A stretch of 64,000 nucleotides of DNA, taken from Mobula hypostoma. Taxonomy: Eukaryota. Below, piece after piece: positions 11,301 through 38,639 of the stretch (its first letter is position 1; each line of letters opens with the position of its first letter). A model generated the notes under the pieces. That model saw nothing but the letters and a program-made list of their open reading frames with translations, made no database searches and had not been told where the DNA came from. Both the position numbers and the translations under genes were made by a program. Where the stretch lies: positions 29,264,001 to 29,328,000 of the forward strand of contig NC_086117.1 of the NCBI RefSeq assembly GCF_963921235.1, written 5' to 3'.

Positions 11301-14300
11301 GTGGGCGAGAAGGCGGACCGACCCAGTGCGCACCAGCTCCCTCGCCACTGGCGGGTGAGACAGGCGGGTACCAGGCGGCCACACCTCACGCAAATGATAT
11401 TAATAAATGCAGGAAAACAAGCAGGAATCGCCTTGCTTACAAGAGCGCGCCAACACCTGAACAGATCTAGCACAACCAAAACAATGTGTAGCAGATTGGT
11501 ACGGTGGCCTGGAAATTTGGAAATTACAGTTGTGTGGAAAATTTGAAATCAGTGCGGATTATCGAAGGAACCGGATTACAGTTAGTCGGATTAGTGGATG
11601 TCAACCTGTACTGGATTATTTATAAAACAAGCATCCTTGTCAAGGAAAACAATCTGCCAGGTCTTGCCAGATTGTTGTGCCCAATTCTGTCCCATTGAGC
11701 TGTTCTGATTTCAGGTACTCCACCACTGTTAGCCGTGCCTTCAGCTGTCATGGTGCTAAGTTCAGAAATTTCCTCCCTAAAGATCATCCTTTAAAGTTCA
11801 TAAAATCTATTGTCTCGACCAGTTTTTTGATTATTGGCCTTTATAACTCCTTATGTGGCTCACTATGAAATTTATTGGATAATGCTCTTGTTCAGTGTTG
11901 TTACTGTATTATAATTATTGTGTTAATCTAAATTGAACGGTTGAGCAAGCTTGGATTTTTCTCTTTGGAGTGAAGGAAGATAAGAGGTGCATTGATAGCA
12001 GTGTATAAGATGATGAGAGGCATGGACAGAGTGGACAGCCAGTGGCCTTTTCCCTAAGTCGCCAGTAGCTAATATGTGAGGACATAATGTTAGGGTGATT
12101 GGTGGAAAGCTTAGGGGGAAGGAATCAAGATTGTTTATTGTTTGTCAGTACATGAGTATAAAGGAGAACAAAATGATTGTTACTGTAGATCCATTGCAGT
12201 ATTAAAAAACATGCAATGAGCATAAAAGAGCACAGTAAAAAGCACAATAAATATAAATACATAAAATTAGCTTGCATACATTAACTGATTTTAGTATACA
12301 AAGTGGCGCTAGATAAAGGAGTACCTGTACAGAAGGTGACTCTGAGAGGAAATATGAAAATTAGTGGTGGTGGTGAGGTGGGTTTCATGGGTGGACATGT
12401 TGATCAGCCTGAGGGCTGGGGAGGTAATTGTTTTTGTTTCAGAGGTAGTGGTTTTTTTAATGCAGAGTGGTAATTATATAGAGCGCATTGTTGGGGGCAT
12501 TGGAGAGGCGGATGCATCAGCGAGGTTTATAGAAACATAGAAACATAGAAAATAGGTGCAGGAGTAGGCCATTCGGCCCTTCGAGCCTGCACCGCCATTT
12601 ATTATGATCATGGCTGATCATCCAACTCAGAACCCAGCCTTCCCTCCATACCCCCTGACCCCTGTAGCCACAAGGGCCATATCTAACTTCCTTTTAAACA
12701 TAGCTAATGAACTGGCCTCAACAGTTTGCTGTGGCAGAGAATTCCACAGATTCACCACTCTCTGTGTGAAGAAGTTTTTCCTAACCTCGGTCCTAAAAGG
12801 CTTCCCCTCTATCCTCAAACTGTGACCCCTCGTTCTAGACCTCCCCAACATCGGGAACAATCTTCCTGCATCTAGCCTGTCCAATCCCTTTAGGATCTTA
12901 TACGTTTCAATCAGATCCCCCCTCAATCTTCTAAATTCCAACGAGTACAAGCCCAGTTCATCCAGTCTTTCTTCATATGAAAGACCTGCCATCCCAGGAA
13001 TCAATCTGGTGAACCTTCTTTGTACTCCCTCTATGGCACTCTAAGACACTCTTAGGTGGGCACGTGGATGAAAGAAAAATGAAGGGCTATGTGGGAGGGA
13101 AGGATTAATTGATCTTGGAGTGGGTTAGAAGGTTGGCACATTATTGTGGGCCAAAGGGCCTTTACTGTGCTGCATCGTTCTGTGTTCTAAGTTGTTGATG
13201 AGGTAGGTTGAGATAGGATAGTCTAACCAGGTGGGAGACTTCAGTTGTGTCATTGCTCATCAGTCCAGTTCTGGTTAAAGTAGGTAGATTATAGAGATCA
13301 AGGACTTTATCTGACATGAGTGATCTATCGGGAAGTGAAAGCAGTTGTTTGAAATGCAGGCAGGTTAGCACTGAGATCCTTGAGATGACTGGACTTTTCA
13401 ATAAGGTCACGGTCGATAATAGGTTCAACTCCACGTTCCTGCCTACCCCCCAAATCGCTCACCACCTTGCAGAAGGGACGACAGGTGTTGAAGGATAGAG
13501 GTCAGAATTTGTACAGTGGATTTGTGGTGTCAGCTCAGCGAGACGTCTGAACTGTGGGTGAGCAGAATTGCGACCGTTAACCCTCTGCTGTTCAACTATT
13601 CCAGAGGATGACAAAGTTTTGAACGACCCCCTGAAACATCCTGATTTCTTCCACGTCAGTGAGCTCTTCACTGTCAAAGACCTCTTCGACGCCAGGGTGC
13701 ACCATGGTCACAAAAGAGGCTGTCGGAACAGGTAGGTGTTTGCTCTTCAGGGACTTGGACTGGATAAACCACAGAGGCTGGTAAATCATAAATGATGATT
13801 GGCGGTAGGAAATACTCTGAAGGGAGTCTGATGTAACTGAAAAAAAATCCCTTTTATCTTCCATTCTGTTTGAGGTGAAACTTTAGCATAGAAAACTAAC
13901 CAGTTGAGAGAATTTGTAATTTATTTAGGTAGTGCCACTTCAGAGATAGTGTGTGAATTGTACTGAAATGTGTTATTAAATAAATTAATTTTAAGCAAAG
14001 ATTTCAAGGCGAGGCATGAATATGGAAAGTTTTGGGTTTGGGATTCCAGCTTTTGAACCATAGCTCTCAGTGTGGAGTGATGTTGGAGCATGTCCAGAGA
14101 GGGTGGAAATTTCAACCATATGTGACTTTGCCCCCAGAACTTATTAGGGAACCCATGGGATACTGCACTTTTACAGACTGCCTCTAATATATTTTGGATG
14201 TTCAGATTGTCTAATTGGCACTCTGAAATCGATAGCTAATGTGGAAATGCAGGAGTGGGCATGGATGCAGATAGTCTGTCCTTAATTGCTAAGGTAAGTG

Positions 14301-15029
14301 ATATTGTCCTCTAGGGCATCGATATGATATAGCCTCAGAGGGGGAGGTTGTTAAGTCTAAGCTTTTTAAGCGGGAGTGTGTGGTTTCTGGATGATAGAGC
14401 TAACATTACTTACTAGCTGTGCCTTGGAGGATGGCTGCTCGGTGAGGTTTGTCTGTGAAAAGAATAGGAATCATGGAAACGCTTTGCCTCTCTTTAGGCT
14501 GATGGAACCATATCTATTCGGGTGCCGATTGGAACAAGACATTATAGACTTGGATCAGACGGTTCTTCACCTTCAGCAGGCTCTGAACTTCACTGCCCAT
14601 TGTGCATATCGGAAAGGGATCATCCTGTTCATAAGTCGAGCCCGTCAGTTTTCTCATCTGATAGAGAAAACAGCGCAGGAGAGTGGAGAGTACGCGCACA
14701 CCAGATATTGGCAAGGTGGGCTCTTGACCAATGCGCACGTCCAGTATGGCCTAGGTGTTCGCCTGCCTGATCTCATTATCTTTATCAACACCCTGAACAA
14801 TGTATTTGAACAGCATGTTGCCGTGCGAGATGCTGCCAAAATGAACATTCCAACAGTAGGAATAGTGGACAGTAACTGTAATCCAAGTCTCATTGCTTAT
14901 CCCATCCCAGGGAATGATGACTCTCCTTCGGCTGTTAAACTTTATTGTAAACTTTTTAAAATGACCATTCTCCGGGCAAAGGACAAAAGACGTCAAATGG
15001 ACCTTCTCCATGGACTCCAGAAAGAATGA
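5329..15029 (+). CDS. MRPS2: Mitochondrial ribosomal protein S2 (uS2m), spliced CDS join(5329-5353,8692-8811,13605-13731,14498-15029), 267 aa
   Basis: All three introns are GT-AG with compatible phases (1,1,2). uS2 motifs [40 protein letters not shown] and YPIPGNDDS are present. Confidence 0.95.
5532..5567 (-). ncRNA. Minimal type I hammerhead ribozyme motif in the inverted pseudo-LTR
   Basis: Reverse complement reads agtc-CTGATGA-agggtctccgcct-GAAAC-GTC-gact. Confidence 0.8.
5857..6881 (-). pseudogene. PLE ORF remnant: RT C-terminus plus GIY-YIG endonuclease (left arm)
   Basis: ORF 5857-6921 with LPFLDL, YYKPTD and YIGET motifs. It is truncated just downstream of the expected RT catalytic DD motif, so it is non-autonomous. 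Confidence 0.88.
6944..7789 (+). pseudogene. PLE ORF remnant with GIY-YIG endonuclease (right arm)
   Basis: ORF 7058-7789 is nearly identical to the left arm, with compensating frameshifts at poly-C tracts. Confidence 0.88.
8085..8120 (+). ncRNA. Minimal type I hammerhead ribozyme motif in the PLE pseudo-LTR
   Basis: agtc-CTGACGA-agggtctcggcct-GAAAC-GTC-gact: stem I agtc/gact, intact CUGANGA and GAAA core, palindromic loopless stem III (ACGT), GUC cleavage triplet. Confidence 0.85.
8692..8811 (+). CDS. MRPS2: MRPS2 exon 2
   Basis: Acceptor ctttgcctctcttag and donor AG|gtcagt; 120 nt, open in the phase-1 frame ([12 protein letters not shown]...PPQT). Confidence 0.75.
9930..10560 (+). mobile_element. 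Old L2-type LINE RT fragment (continues at about 11700-11930)
   Basis: Degenerate FHIYAxxxxLY and LNIxKTE RT segments; an L2-like 3' end (gccttcagctg...ttcctccctaaa) follows the MITE. Confidence 0.45.
10861..11140 (-). mobile_element. Non-LTR retroelement 3' tail fused to the rRNA fragment
   Basis: Ends in ...atttcaggacgtatattgtatacatttctctaacgttaaatgaacctctgaa. A related tail occurs at about 55530-56050 and resembles the Rex1/Babar-like 3' ends at about 48300-48375. Confidence 0.6.
11141..11237 (-). pseudogene. 28S rRNA 5'-end fragment (about 97 nt), preceded by GC-rich ITS2-like sequence (11238-11385)
   Basis: Reverse complement cgacttcagatcagatgtggtgacccgcggaatttaagcacattactaagcggaggaaaaggaactaacaaggattccctcagtaactgtgagtgaa matches the conserved 28S start, including the ITS4 primer region. 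Confidence 0.9.
11935..13190 (+). mobile_element. Old CR1 3' fragment interrupted by two nested insertions
   Basis: Collinear CR1 pieces at 11935-12120, 12440-12528 and 13040-13190. Confidence 0.65.
12529..13038 (-). mobile_element. Young CR1 LINE 3' fragment
   Basis: ORF 12627-13004 ([48 protein letters not shown]) and a (ctatgttt)n tail. Confidence 0.92.
13605..13731 (+). CDS. MRPS2: MRPS2 exon 3
   Basis: [43 protein letters not shown]; canonical ag/gt boundaries. Confidence 0.93.
14498..15029 (+). CDS. MRPS2: MRPS2 exon 4 (terminal coding exon)
   Basis: LMEPYLFG...IPGNDDS...GLQKE*; acceptor ctctctttag. Confidence 0.95.
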
Positions 15030-15111
15030 ATGAAGTAAAGTGATTAATATTCTGAGACAGAGCTGCCATCAGGCAAAGGAATCTGTAAAAACAGGAGGAA
15101 GTCTCCATTGT

Positions 15112-15117
15112 AATAAA
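15112..15117 (+). terminator. Probable MRPS2 polyadenylation signal AATAAA
   Basis: First AATAAA about 80 nt after the stop codon. Confidence 0.55.
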
Positions 15118-15766
15118 AAAAATTAACAATATATTAAATTAGTCTGCAGTTAGTGCACAATCTTCTTGAAGGTTCCTTCTCATTTTGGGACAAAGGCAGA
15201 AGGGAAAAGTTAATGGAAGAGTGGAAGGCAATGGGAAAGGTTTGAAATAGTTATTTGAGGTAGATATGAAAAAATGTCTCTACATCTGGGAAGTTCAAAA
15301 TGATAAGCTGGGTGCTACTGTCTCCAGAAAAAAACGTACATTCACCAGCAGGGAGAACCTCCCAAACTCATTTCATTCGTTCCATTGAAAGAAATCATCA
15401 GCTAATTCTAGAGTGTTTGCTTAATGATTTCTGCTGGCTATTGCTATGACCCTACATGAGTTCAGTATAATTCTAAAGATAAAAATCTGATGGCAGGTGC
15501 TGGAGGACCTTGGAACAAAACTAGAATGTTGAAAATATCCAGGAGACCAAATTGTATGGCTAGATAAACAGTCATACCATTGGTCGATCAGTACTCATTA
15601 AAACTCAGCTGAGGAACTTTGACCTAACTTTCAGCTTTCAACACAATACTAGTTGCATCTAGACATTCGGACATCAGAGATAAGGATCAAGGTTTGGTTA
15701 TTTGGCTCCTTGCATATTCTCCCCAATTCATGGTCAATCAGTTGCCTCGGTGCTACTTTTCAGTAT

Positions 15767-17945
15767 TAAGACCATAAGAAATTGGAACTGAATTAGGCCA
15801 TTTGGTCCATCTAGTCTGCTCCACCATTCCATCATGGCTGATTTATTATCCCTCTCAACCCCATTTTCCTGCCTTCTCCCCGTAACCTTCGATGCCTTGA
15901 CTAACCAAGAATCTATTAGCCTCTGCTTTGAATATACTGAAATGACTTGGCCTCTACAGCCAAATATGGCAATAAATTCCACAGATTTACCATCCTTTGG
16001 CTAAAGGAGTTAATTTGCATCTCTATTCTAAATCAACATCACTCCATTCTGAGAATGTGCTCTTTGGTATTTAACTCGCCCATTATAGGAAACATCCTAT
16101 CTGCATCCATTGTCTAGGCTGTTCAATATTTGATAAGTTTCAGTGAGACTCCGCCCCCCCCCATTCTTCTAAAACCAAGCAAGTACATACCTAGTGCCAT
16201 CAAACACTCCTCATATGTTAATCCTTTCATTCTCAGAATCATTCATGTGAACCTCCTCTAGACCCTCTCCAATGCCAGCACATTTTCTCTTGGATAAGAG
16301 GTCCAAAACTGCTCACAATATTCCAAGTGTGATCTGACCAATACATTATAAAGCTTCAGCATCTCAGCCTTGCTCTTATTTTCTAGTCCTTTCAAAATGA
16401 GTGCTAACATTGCATTTGCCTTCCTTACCACCAACTCGATCTACAAGTTAACCTTTAGGTGATGCTGCACAAGGACTCCCAAGTCCCTTTGAAACTCCAA
16501 TTTCGAATTTTCTCCCCATTTAGAAAATAGTCTATGCCTTTATTCCTTCTACCAAAGTGCATGAACATACTCTGCCTGTTCTTTCAATCTGCCCAAGTCC
16601 TACAGATACCCTGCTTCCTCAACACTACTTTTCTCTCTACCTATCTTTGTGTCATCTCCAATCTAGGCCACAAAGCCATAAATTCTTTCATCCAAATCAT
16701 TGAATTATAACGTGAAAAGAAACGGTCCCAGTACAGACCCCTGTGTAACACCACTAGTCACTGGCACCAACTAGAACAGGCCCCCTTTTTGCTGGATCTT
16801 TGTTTCCTGTCAGTCAGCCAATCTTGTATCCATTCTAGTAGCTTTCCTTTAAAATCATGGGCTTTTAATTTGTTAGCAGCTTCATGTGCGGCACCTTGTC
16901 AGAGGCCTACTGAAAATCCAAGGACACAACATCCTCTGATTCTCCTTTGTCTATCCTGTCTGTTGTTTTCCTCCAAGACGTCCAACAGATTTGTCAGGCA
17001 AGATTTCTCTTTAAGGAAGCCATGCTGTTTTTGCCCTACTTTATCATGTGTCTTCAAGCACCCCAAAATCTCATCCTTAATAATGGAATCCAACATCTTC
17101 CCAACCACTGAAATCAGGCTAACTGACCTATAATTACTGTTCTTCTGCCTGCTTCCATTCTTAAAGAGTGGATTGAAATTTGCAATTTTCCAGTCCTCTG
17201 GAGGTATTCCAGAATCTAGTGATTCTTGAAAGATCATTACTAATGCCTCCACAATATCTTCACCCACCTATTTCAGAACCCTGGGGTGTAGTTCATCTGC
17301 ACCAGGTGACTTTTCTACCTTAGGATCTTCCAGCTTCTCAAGCATCTTCTCCTTAGTAACAGCAACTACACTCACTTTTGCCCTGTGACACACTCTAATT
17401 TCTGGCATACTGCTAGTGTCTTCCACAGTGAAGGCTGATGCAAAATGCTTATTAAGTTCCTTTGCCATTTCTTTGTCCCTCATTCTTTGCTCTCCAGCAT
17501 AATTTTCCGGTTTTGTTATCCACTCTCACCTCTCTTTTACTCTTTATCTGTTATTCTTTATATATCTGAAAGTAAACTCTGATATTGTTGACTAGTTTAT
17601 TTTCATATTTCATCTTTTCTCTTATGTTTTTTGTATTTGCCTTCTGTTGGTTTTTAAAAGCTTCCCAATTCTCTAACTTCCCACTAAACTTTGCTATATT
17701 TTATGTGATTTCTTTTGCTTTTAAGCTGGCTTTGACTTCCCTTGTCAGCCACAGTTACCTCTCTTTAAATGTTTCTTCTTAGGATTTATCTATCCTGCAC
17801 CTTCTGGATTCCCCCCAAAACTCCAGCCATTGCTGTTCTGTCATCCCTACTGGCACCCCCTTCAGATCAACTTTGGCCAACTCTTCTCTCATGCCTCTGT
17901 AATCCCCTTTACTCCGCTGTAATACTGATAAATCTGACTTGAATC
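15767..17945 (-). mobile_element. Decayed CR1 LINE ORF2 (RT region)
   Basis: Fragments KSPGADELHPRVLK, PEDWKIAN, NYRSVSLISVVGKML and QHGFLKEKSCLTNLL with many stops. Confidence 0.88.
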
Positions 17946-18689
17946 ACGGGGAGTGCTTTGATCTGTGGTTAATAAAGTACCATTGCAAAATTGGTTCTGT
18001 GCGGTCAATATAGGCTTTACAAAATTCTCAATAGACACTTTATACTCAAGATATTTTGATTTTGTCTAACATTAGATTTAAATGCTTGGTTGCTGGTAGA
18101 GGGGTGGGTTAATTTCCCCAGAAAAGCTCATCCAAGTGTCATTCATATGGTTATTTTTATAATCTGTGATAAACATATTGATGTTGCTAAAGAACAGTCT
18201 TACATGTGGTGTAATTGCCTTTGCTTGATTTTTCAAATGATTCCTATACAAGTTCAAATGCCACTTGCCTTTAGCTCTATTCCAATTTTAATAATAATGG
18301 AAAACTAAAAATAGCAGCTTCTGATGCAAAGGCATTGTTATTCTGGGCAGTGGTAAATCAGTAATTTTTTTACACATTGTACACCAATGATTCAGCCACC
18401 ATTGTCACTGATGATTCAATATTAAAACAGTTCTGTCTGGAAAGTGCAGTGCCACACTGGGGAGGCGAGAGAGGAAAGACAACACCTCCCTCTGAAGAGG
18501 TGCTGCACCATCGAGAAGGCAATGCCTAAGGAGCATTATCAGATGGCAATATTGAAGGAGTGGACCACTGTTAGAGAGAGACCAAGCCAGTAATTGAAGA
18601 CAGACCCATTTGCTGCTGGATCTGTTTTTGTAAAGCAAAATATAGATGCATCTGATGTGATCCCAGCTTTGGTCATTTACTTCCAATGT

Positions 18690-19180
18690 ATTAGAGTCAT
18701 AGAAAAGTACAGCACAGAACCATCCATGTACCTACCCAAACTTCTCTCAAACATTGAAATTGAGCTCGCATGCACCACTTGCACTGGCAATTCCACACTC
18801 TTGTGACCCTCTGAGTGAAGAAGTTTCCCTCGTGTTCCCCTTAAACTTTTCACCTTCCATCTGTAACCCATAACTTCTAGTTGTAGTCCCACTCAATGTC
18901 AGTGAAAAAAAGCCTGCTAGCATTTACCCTATCTGTACCCCTCATAATTTTGTATACCTCTATCAAATCTCTCCTCACAATGTTCCAAGGAGTGAAGTCC
19001 TAACCTTTTCAATCTTTCCTTATAACTCAAGTTCTCCTGTCCTGGCAACATCCTTGTAAATTTTCCTTGTACTCTTTCAACCTTTAATGGATGATCAAAA
19101 CTGCACAAAATACTCCAAATTCGCCTCACCAGTATCTTGTACAACTTCAACATAACATCCCAATTCCTGTACACTTCCAT
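18690..19180 (-). mobile_element. CR1 3' fragment
   Basis: VMLKLYKILVR, ERVQGKFTRMLPG and LSYKERL motifs. Confidence 0.85.
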
Positions 19181-22100
19181 CAATCTCTCCAAGTAATTCC
19201 AACCAGCCTTGATGAGGCTGAGATCGGGGTTGTTGAAGCCATACTATCTAAAACCATATAAAACAATCTAGGGTCTCTAAAACTTTTGCATAGTGTTTTG
19301 TGCTTTGGAGACAATTTAAAGTGAACATTTACTCTACTAACTTGCACATTTTTGAGATGTGATTAAAACCTGGGGCATCCAAAAGGAGCTCGTGGTCGAA
19401 CAGAGTATGTACTATCCGTGTGCAATTGGCAGAGATCATGATTGAATGTGCATCTCCGGTGATGTGAGGCAGTGGTTCTTCTAGCTACCTTTGAACTAAA
19501 TCAAGAAGGGCAGCAGTTTCTTAAAAGATGTTGAGTTGGGGTGTGGGTTCTGTTTCCCACGTCCACAAGGATTTCCCCAGACATGCTTGATCAACAGATT
19601 TCATTGTGGGTACCTGGTTTCACATAGTTTGCAACTTTTTAGTTTTGCTCAAAGCCAGTGTCCAAGAGCTTTTGCTCTAAGTCTTAAATCCCACCATCTT
19701 GTGTACGAAGAAATGGGGAAATGATTTGGGTCCCATAGGAAGTAAAGGAATAATAATTAAACTATGTAGCTCTTTGAGCCTTCCGTGATTCATTTTGCTG
19801 CTTTAAACTTTGTTTGACCTAAATAGGACTAAAATGCAACAAAACATTTTGGTTTGGAGTGCTCACTTTCTAGGTAATGAGACGTTTGACTTGTTATGGC
19901 GGGTTCCCCCACCCAAACATCATGACAGGGAATACAACTTTTATATCTGAGGACACCTGGGACACTGTCTTGAGTTTACTTTAAGGGCTGGTCTCTGAAA
20001 CATTGTGATAAATAGGGAGGAGGGCAGTTTAGTGATGAAGCATATTAAAATGACACCATCAAACTGAGAAAACAGTAAACATACATTAACACAAAGATCC
20101 ACCTATTTTCGTTTGGTATTTATTTATTTACAAGGCATTCTTGGCATAGCAGTTGTTTTTTCCCCATCATTGATTATCTCTGAGAAGGTGCTGGTGAATC
20201 ACTTTGAACAGTTATAGACCACCTGGCGACGGTACTCCTAATGTCATTAGGTAGGGAATCGTAGAATGTAGACTCAATCATGCTGAAGTAACGACGACAT
20301 ATTTCTGGCAAAATAATGGGTCATATGAATAAGAACTTGCAGGTAGTGGCATTCCCATGTGCAAATTGTCCTTGCAGGTGGTGTAAGTATTTTTGGGGAA
20401 AATGTTGAAGTTGTGAACTACAGCAGTATACTTTGTGGCCGGTACACACTGCAATGTACATATGCTATGGTGGAGAGACTGAATTTTGAAGATGAAATAT
20501 GGTATGTCAGTCAAGTGGCAACTTCATCCTGGATAAATTTCTTGATACTTCAATCATCCAAGCAAGTGGATGGTATTCCATCATACTCTGACATGTGCCT
20601 TGTAGAAGCTAGAAAAGCTTATGGTATTGCTAAATATAAGTTTACACTAATCAATAGTTTTTATACGGACTGCATGGATCTTTAGAAGAGTGATAAGAGA
20701 TGGAATGGGCGCAACTCCCTGTCAGCCTTGCCTAATAATGTCTCCTTTTGGCCTGAAAAGATTTGGGGTTTTCTTGGTCTTTTTCTTGAAGAGGTCAAAA
20801 CAGGAATTTGAATAATTCCCCCCCCCCCAAATGCGAAACTAAATACTAAAATATCTAAAGAATATTTGCTGTAGGTTGTGATATAAAGTTCTGCAGTTTG
20901 GTGAAGAGTGCACTCCTGACATTGATCTGTTATACCATCACCAGATACATCCTGGCAGAGGAATGTGCATGTCTTCAGGATCACCTGGGATGAAGGATGT
21001 TAAAGTAAAGCTTGAAGTTATTAATTGATGGAAGCAGGGATGAGTGAAGCTTAGATGGATTAGCAGTAGCTCACCAACTGCACATGATCCACTACTGAGT
21101 ATCCAACAGTGGTGTGCAGAAACTGTTTCTCTTGACGCTCTAGAGTTAAGTCATGGTAATGGAAATATAGAGTTGGGAGAAAGTTACTAGAATATGCAGA
21201 CAAAATCCTTTTAAGGAATTCTGAGAAAAGCTTGCATGATCTGCTGGAATCATTCACAAGTAAAGGGGGATTGATGGATAAAATGGGAACTGTGCTACAT
21301 GTTCATATTTCCCTCCAAACCATCTATATAAGATTTTGAAGGTGTATTATTCAACATCACACCCTACAGTATATGGACTTGGATCAAACATTAAACAATG
21401 AAGTTGAGAGTTTCAATGCACCCATTTCAATTGGTGGCAAAGGTTTGGAACAGACTAACTAGGGAGTTCAAAGTAGCACCTCTTCCTCACTACCTAAATA
21501 CAAGACCATATGGTACAGGGGAGATTGGGAGAATGAATGAAGCTTCTATGAAGAAAAGTTGGGTGTGGTGTGTAGAAGATGTTGCTTAGAGCTAGTGAGG
21601 GAGTTATGAAGGCTCTGGTGATAGCAAGATCAGAAGCGAAGTTGAGGACTTAAAAGGTTTGGAGATATTAGTGTCATTGTGCAGAAAGGTGAATGGAATT
21701 GTTGGTGTTTTGGCTTGAAACCCTGCATCAATTCCTCTCCCTACACTGATGTTGCTTGACATACTGAATTGCTGCAGCAGATTGTTGCTTCAGATCCTAA
21801 CAGCAGTAGTCTCTTGTATCTGTAGAAGGTAAATATTTGAATTGCAACTTTTCGGAGGAGTTATTAGCATACTGACATACTCAATTTGTGACATTCATCA
21901 TGGGTTAAAGGAGATGGCAGGTTGAAAGTTACTACTAATAAATCTCATTCTGTTGATAAAAGTTATACTCACAAGATTGAGACTGTAACCAGTGGAACAA
22001 TTCCCTAACAATTAGCAAAAACCCACAAATAAATGAATGTTTCTTGTTCTCCAACCGCTATATTTCATCTTTAATATCATTTTCATCCCTCACACTACAA

Positions 22101-22258
22101 CAGATTTAAAGTCTGACAATGTAAAGGTTATTTTAAATTGTCTTATTAGGATCTACAGCTACTTGCCTAGAATTTTACGAAGTTGTTGACACAGATAATA
22201 CTAACTTATAAATGATGTTACAGACCCCAAATACAATGCTTAGAGAATCTCTGACCCT

Positions 22259-36404
<14,146 letters not shown>

Positions 36405-36919
36405 CCTCGGACCGGCCTCGCTGCCCGCACAACCCGGCACGGCACGACCCCCACTCTCCCTCTTCCTCGTAACGGGAGCTGGGCGAAGGAACCGACGCCC
36501 CTCGCTGCAGCCCAGGACCTAGGCAGGCATTAACGCCTACCCTCGGGCAGCGATCGCAGCGCCGAGCCCCATCAGCAGAGAGCAGGAGCCGCGGCTTCGC
36601 TCTGCTCGGCGCCGCTTGTGCGGCCACTCCGGGTTCGGTAAAGTCCTCGGCTGCAGCGAGCAGGATCGGGTGGGCATGCGCCGGGCATCCAAACGGGGGA
36701 GGAGGAGGAGGCGGGGGAGGAGGGGTGGGAGCGCGTCCCACGCCTGCCAATCCGCAGGAGGACGGGGAGGAGGTGCGAGTCCCGCCAGGGACCCGACCCA
36801 CGGGAACGGGAGCAGTAGGATGCCAACCATCGGAGATGGAGTCGGGTCGGATGGAGCAGAACCCGAAGGAAATGTAAGCACATCCGAAGCGAACTCGCCG
36901 TGGAAAACAGCAGCAAAGG

Positions 36920-37790
36920 AATCTCTAAAGAAGAATTCCACCGGCAGAAATTCTCCTCAACAGGAACCCATTTTTAGAAATTTTCTTAAACAACAATCCC
37001 ATCCATTTCAATTCATTTAATCGCAATCCCAGCAACAAGAGTCTTATTGAACGGAATTCCATCAACAGGAATTATATTAGCATGAACCCCGTCATCAGAA
37101 GTATTCCCAGCAGGAATCCCATCAACAGGAATAACTCCAACAGGAATCCCATCAATAAGGTTCTTGTCAACAGCAATCACGGTAACAGGAATCTTATCAG
37201 CAAGAAAATCCACAGCAGGAATCTAATCAGTAGGATTCCCATCAGCATTAATCTCCATAACCGGAATCACATCAACAGAAATGTCATTAATAGGAATCCC
37301 ATCAGCAGGAACCTTGAGCTGAAGGGCCTGTTTCTCTGCTGTACTGTTCTATGTTCTTTGTTAATATCACCAATAGTAATCAGATCAATAGGAATCTCTC
37401 AAAAGGTATCTCATCATTAGCAATCTTCCTAACACAAATGTCCCTAACATGAATCTCAAACGTAATTTCATGAATAAGAATATTATCAATGGAAATCTCA
37501 TAGACAAGGACCCCTCAACAGGAATCCAATCAACATAGATCCTAATAACAGGAATCTTATTGGCAAGAATCCCATCAATAGAAATCTCCTCAAAAGGAAT
37601 GTCACTGACAGGAATGCCATCAACAGAAATCTCCCCAGCAGGAATCCATTGGGGATTCTGTCAACAGGATTACATCAATAAAAGTACAAGCATTGGAACC
37701 ACACCATCTGTCACACAGACAAATCTTACACCAGTGGAGATTCCATTGGTAGGTTAATGGCAGTGACACGAATAGAGAATCAGCAATGTC
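36920..37790 (+). repeat. Degenerate tandem repeat of about 15 bp (consensus aacaggaatcccatc)
   Basis: Dozens of imperfect copies, for example cagcaggaatcccatcaacaggaataactccaacaggaatcccatc. Confidence 0.8.
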
Positions 37791-38639
37791 CACCGAAGTA
37801 GCAATAATTAAACTGGAACAGGAATTGCACCATCATCATACGAATGGAAATATTACCAAACAATGGGAATGAAAAAGGCAGCAATGAAATCAGAAATTAC
37901 AAGAGCAACATTTGCTTTAATCCTGTCGCCCGTTGTAAGGATTCCTACTGACATGATTCTTTTAAGCCGTAGAGAGAAATATAGCATAGAAATGGACCCT
38001 TCTGTACACTGAGTTTGAGCCAATGGTCAAACATGCCCTTGCATTAATCTTATATCAATATCACTTATCCTCAGCAGATTCTACCACTTACCAAACACTG
38101 AAGGTATTTGCCAAAACTACCAACCTGTGCCTCTTTGGAATGTGAGAAGAAACCAGTGCACCCAAAGGAAACTCACACAGACACAGAGAGAACATACAAA
38201 GTCCCCACAACATTCAAGATCAGTGTGGATCAACACTGCTAGGGTGGTGAGGAGGTAGCTCAAGGAGCCACAGCATTTTACGCCTTGCTGCCATTCCACA
38301 TGGAGGAAATGATGTGCCTGCTGTGGGTGTGTACGCTTTCTACTGGTGACTTTGATCTTATAATTCCTAATATTATAATAGATGTTGGTACTGTTCATGA
38401 CATTCCTATTTACTCAACTGACAGTGTAGAATGTTTCAAATATTAGTTGTATACCAGAGGAATGTAAAATAAAAAAACTTACAATAAAGGAGAAAAGTTA
38501 AGAGTTTCAAGCTAGTAAGATGTAAAAAAAATCAGACAATGAGAGCATCTGCCAATATGTAAAGGACGATGGACAACATAAACATTGATTCATTATAGCT
38601 TGAGTCTGGGGAATGAACAGTGCAAGATAAGGAAATCGC

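Larger units (their letters stand above)
10736..11608. mobile_element. Tigger/pogo-like (Tc1-mariner) MITE with TA target duplication
   Basis: TA|ctggtcgactttcattaatccggc ... gtcggattagtggatgtcaacctg|TA; imperfect TIRs of about 24 bp. Confidence 0.75.

Noticed and set aside
14376-14497. N-terminal part of the 217-aa ORF overlapping MRPS2
   Set aside because: Intronic read-through upstream of the true acceptor at 14498.
36920-37790. CRISPR-like array or pentapeptide-repeat protein gene
   Set aside because: Vertebrate DNA, no unique spacers, degenerate units, and frames interrupted by stops.
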